64,000 nucleotides of DNA. Source: Chiloscyllium plagiosum (Eukaryota). The DNA lies in contig NC_057718.1 of NCBI RefSeq assembly GCF_004010195.1, forward strand, positions 62,666,311 to 62,730,310. The letters are read 5' to 3'. The translations under genes and the position numbers were made by a program. Below are positions 61,205-64,000 of the stretch, piece by piece. Numbering within the stretch: position 1 is the first letter of the stretch; each line of letters starts with the position of its first letter. The notes beneath the pieces are model-generated. The model was not told the DNA's origin. It saw only the letters and a program-made list of their open reading frames with translations, and searched no databases.

Positions 61205-62405
61205 TTCCAGTCCTAGCCACTTCCTCTTCATCATGGATATATAATCCCTTTGCCCATCTGTCACCCCCACTCAGGATAGCATAAAGGCTCTCCACTTCCT
61301 TGAAGCGAGGCCTGAACAATCCCCATCTACCTGGTTGATCTCATTCTCACTTTGTACAACTCTTCCTTTCACTTGTCTAACTTGCTCCAAATCAAACGCA
61401 CAGCTATGGATATCCATTGCGACTGCTTCTTTGTGGGGTATGTGGTAAATTCCTTGTTCTAGTACAACTAGGTCTCACCCACAAATCTTTTTCCAATACA
61501 TCGATGATATCATCAATGTTGCTCCCTACTCTCATCTGGAATTAGACAAGTTAATTTGATTTGTTTCTAGTTTCTATCTGTCTCACCTTCAATTGATCCA
61601 TCTTGGACTCTTCCCTTTCTTGACTTCACCATTTCCACTTCTGGGTGTGGGCTGACTAGAATAACTACTGGAAAGCAACCAATTCCTTCAGCTACCTCAA
61701 CTACACTTGCTCCTATGAGGAAGGATTTCCAGACCCAAAATGCTAACTCTGATTTTTCTTTACAGATGCTGCCAGACCAACTGAATTTTTCCAGCAACTT
61801 CTGTTTTTGTATAATTCCTGACATTCTGCATCCTGCAGGAATTCCGATTCATTCTCCCAGTTTCATTGCATCTGTTCTGATGATGCCAGGTTCCACTGAG
61901 GTGCATCTGATCTGCCCTCTTTCTTCCTTAAATCAAGGACTGCGCCCTCTTTCTGACACAGCACTCAAATGAATCAAATCATCACCTGCAATTTTGCCCA
62001 ACTCTTCCCCTCTCTCCCAGATTAATACCAAAGTTCCCCTTTTTCGCACTTTCTACCTGTCAGTCTCCACATTCAAAGGATCATCCTTTACCATTCTGCC
62101 ACCTCCAGCAGGATGCAACCACCAAACACAACTTTCCCTCACCTTCACGGTCAGCATTCCATGACACCCTGGTCCACTCCATTATCACACCTAACACCAC
62201 CTCACAATATGTTCCACTTATTCCTCCTTTCCTTCCATCAAAAAGGATAAAAACGCCATTTCCAGCTCCTTCCAGTTCTGAAGAACACATATCTTGAACT
62301 CAAAATATTAACTCTGATTCTCTCTCCATAGATGCTGCCAAACATGCTGAGCTTCTCCAGCACTTTATTTTCATTTCAGATTTCTAGCATCTTCAATCTT
62401 TACTT
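61205..62405 (+). mobile_element. Decayed Neptune-type PLE with a second PLE tail nested at ~61715-61810
   Basis: FIMDI.SL, QIKRTAM, QYIDD remnants, then PLE tail. Confidence 0.7.
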
Positions 62406-62439
62406 TTATAAAAGTAAGGACATTATGTTTCAGGCACTC

Positions 62440-62970
62440 ATGACACCACATGTTTAATACTGTGCGCTGTTTCGGTCTCTTTATTTTAAAGGAGGATGCA
62501 AATGCATTAGAGACAGGTCAGAGGAACTTCACCAGGTTGATAGCTGGAATGGGCAGGTTGTCTTGCAAAGATAGGCTGGACAGGCTCAGCTTGTTTCGCT
62601 GGAGTTCAGACAAGTGAGGAGCAACTTGGTTGATAAAAGATTCCAAATGCTCTTGACGATAAGGTTAGTAACTTATGCTTCTTCTTGTTGGTGAGCCTGG
62701 AACTAGAGAATATTAAGGGTTACCCCATTACGACAGAGATAAAGATTTCTTCTTGAGGGCTGAGAGTTTGGAACGGTGTCTCAGTAGGCAGTGCAGGCAA
62801 GGTGATTGAATATTTTTAAAGGTGCAGGTAGAGAGATTTTTGTTAAGTTAGGGAATCAAAAGGCTATTGGGAATAGATGGCAAAGTTAAAGTTGAAACAC
62901 AAACAGACCAGCCATGATGTCACGGAATGGTAGAGCAGGTTGAAGGGTCCAAAATGGCCTACTTTTGTTC
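62440..62970 (+). mobile_element. Old CR1 3' fragment
   Basis: YCALFRS..DANALE..QRNFTRLI motif and tail. Confidence 0.65.
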
Positions 62971-64000
62971 CTTCAGTTTGTGTTAGTGTTTTTCTCCCTC
63001 TCACTCCCCAGAGACTGTTTTTTCCTCCTCCTCAGAGTGCATGCATCTCTTCTTTCACACATATCCAGCCCCTTTAGACTGTATATTTTTCTCTTTCTCA
63101 TACCCTTTGAGTCTATGTGCAAATACCTCCCTCTTCTCTCTGAGTCTACCTTTCTCTTGCTTTTTCACCCTTAGGAGTCTTTCTCACTGCTGCTGGTCTG
63201 ATACTCAAGCTGATGTGCCGTCATTCAATTTCCAGCCAGTTATCCAACCACAGACTGTTTTTCTCCCATGCTTGCTGCTGAAAGGCTCAATGGTAACATG
63301 CTCAGGATAGAAATACCTTGTGACTAAAGGAGCAGTCCCTCACAAAATGTAATTCCTCTCTCATTGGTTACCCATGATTGATTATGCAAACCTGGGTAGA
63401 TTCAAAGGGTCCAGGTCGGAAGCAGTAAAAGGGATGCATTTTTCCTTTCTTGTCTGCAGCTAGGTGTCCTTGGAGAAGGAACACTGTTTGCTGGTATACC
63501 TCAGGCATTTTGAGATTGGTATGCATTGAGTAGTGGAAAGGACTGGAGTGCATCATCACTCTTTCCATCTATCACTTTAATCTGAGTTTTGCATTATTCT
63601 GGCACAAACATGGTGGGCTGAAAGGTCTCCTTCTGTACTCTATTCTATAAATTTCGAAAATAAATCAATTCTGATTATTTTAGACTGGATTATTTTTTGC
63701 AGATAGATCATTCCATGTAAAATAACTTGCCAATGTTCACAACAAATTTCTGCATCAATGTCAAGACCCAAATCCCACTCATTTTGTAACTCTTAATCAC
63801 AGTTTTCTACTTGCTCACAGCTGAGTTACCTTCCTCACAGCAATTAGTATTGTGGAACCTGAGATGATGCTGCACTTCAATTGTCATCTGAAGTAGTTTA
63901 ATCCTTTCTCAAGCACTAGAGATACTGATATAATCACAGTACTGCTCAAATAACAGCTGGAAGGAACAGGATCTGAAATAATCATCGAATAGAGCAGAGA

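Noticed and set aside
57000..64000. Next upstream USP34 exon
   Set aside because: No matching peptide found; it probably lies beyond the window.
1..64000. CRISPR arrays, rRNA or prokaryotic-type systems
   Set aside because: No repeat-spacer structure, operons or rRNA-like sequence; this is intron-rich vertebrate DNA.

Overview
Eukaryotic, repeat-rich vertebrate DNA, almost certainly a cartilaginous fish: the HE1/V-SINE-type SINEs and the CR1 and Penelope families look shark-like, and the species is an inference. The only host protein-coding gene I can support is the 3' end of USP34 on the minus strand. It comprises 11 coding exons (56937 down to the TGA at 21471), all with GT-AG junctions and matching phases, plus a 3' UTR ending near 20.83 kb. 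The rest is a layered transposon record: a decayed Gmr1-type Gypsy element (integrase before RT) carrying an internally deleted L1, Harbinger remnants, many CR1 fragments, a Tx1 remnant, a Tigger-like MITE, six tRNA-derived SINEs and many Penelope-like elements (PLEs). The most striking pattern is a set of fold-back (head-to-head inverted) PLE insertions in USP34 introns. They come from several PLE families and carry minimal hammerhead-ribozyme motifs. Four have clean 13-17 bp target-site duplications, and one arm always has an extra terminal tail (~30-40 nt in most). I found no clearly novel protein-coding system. All identifications come from reading and hand-translating the sequence; no database search was run, and boundaries of decayed repeats are approximate.
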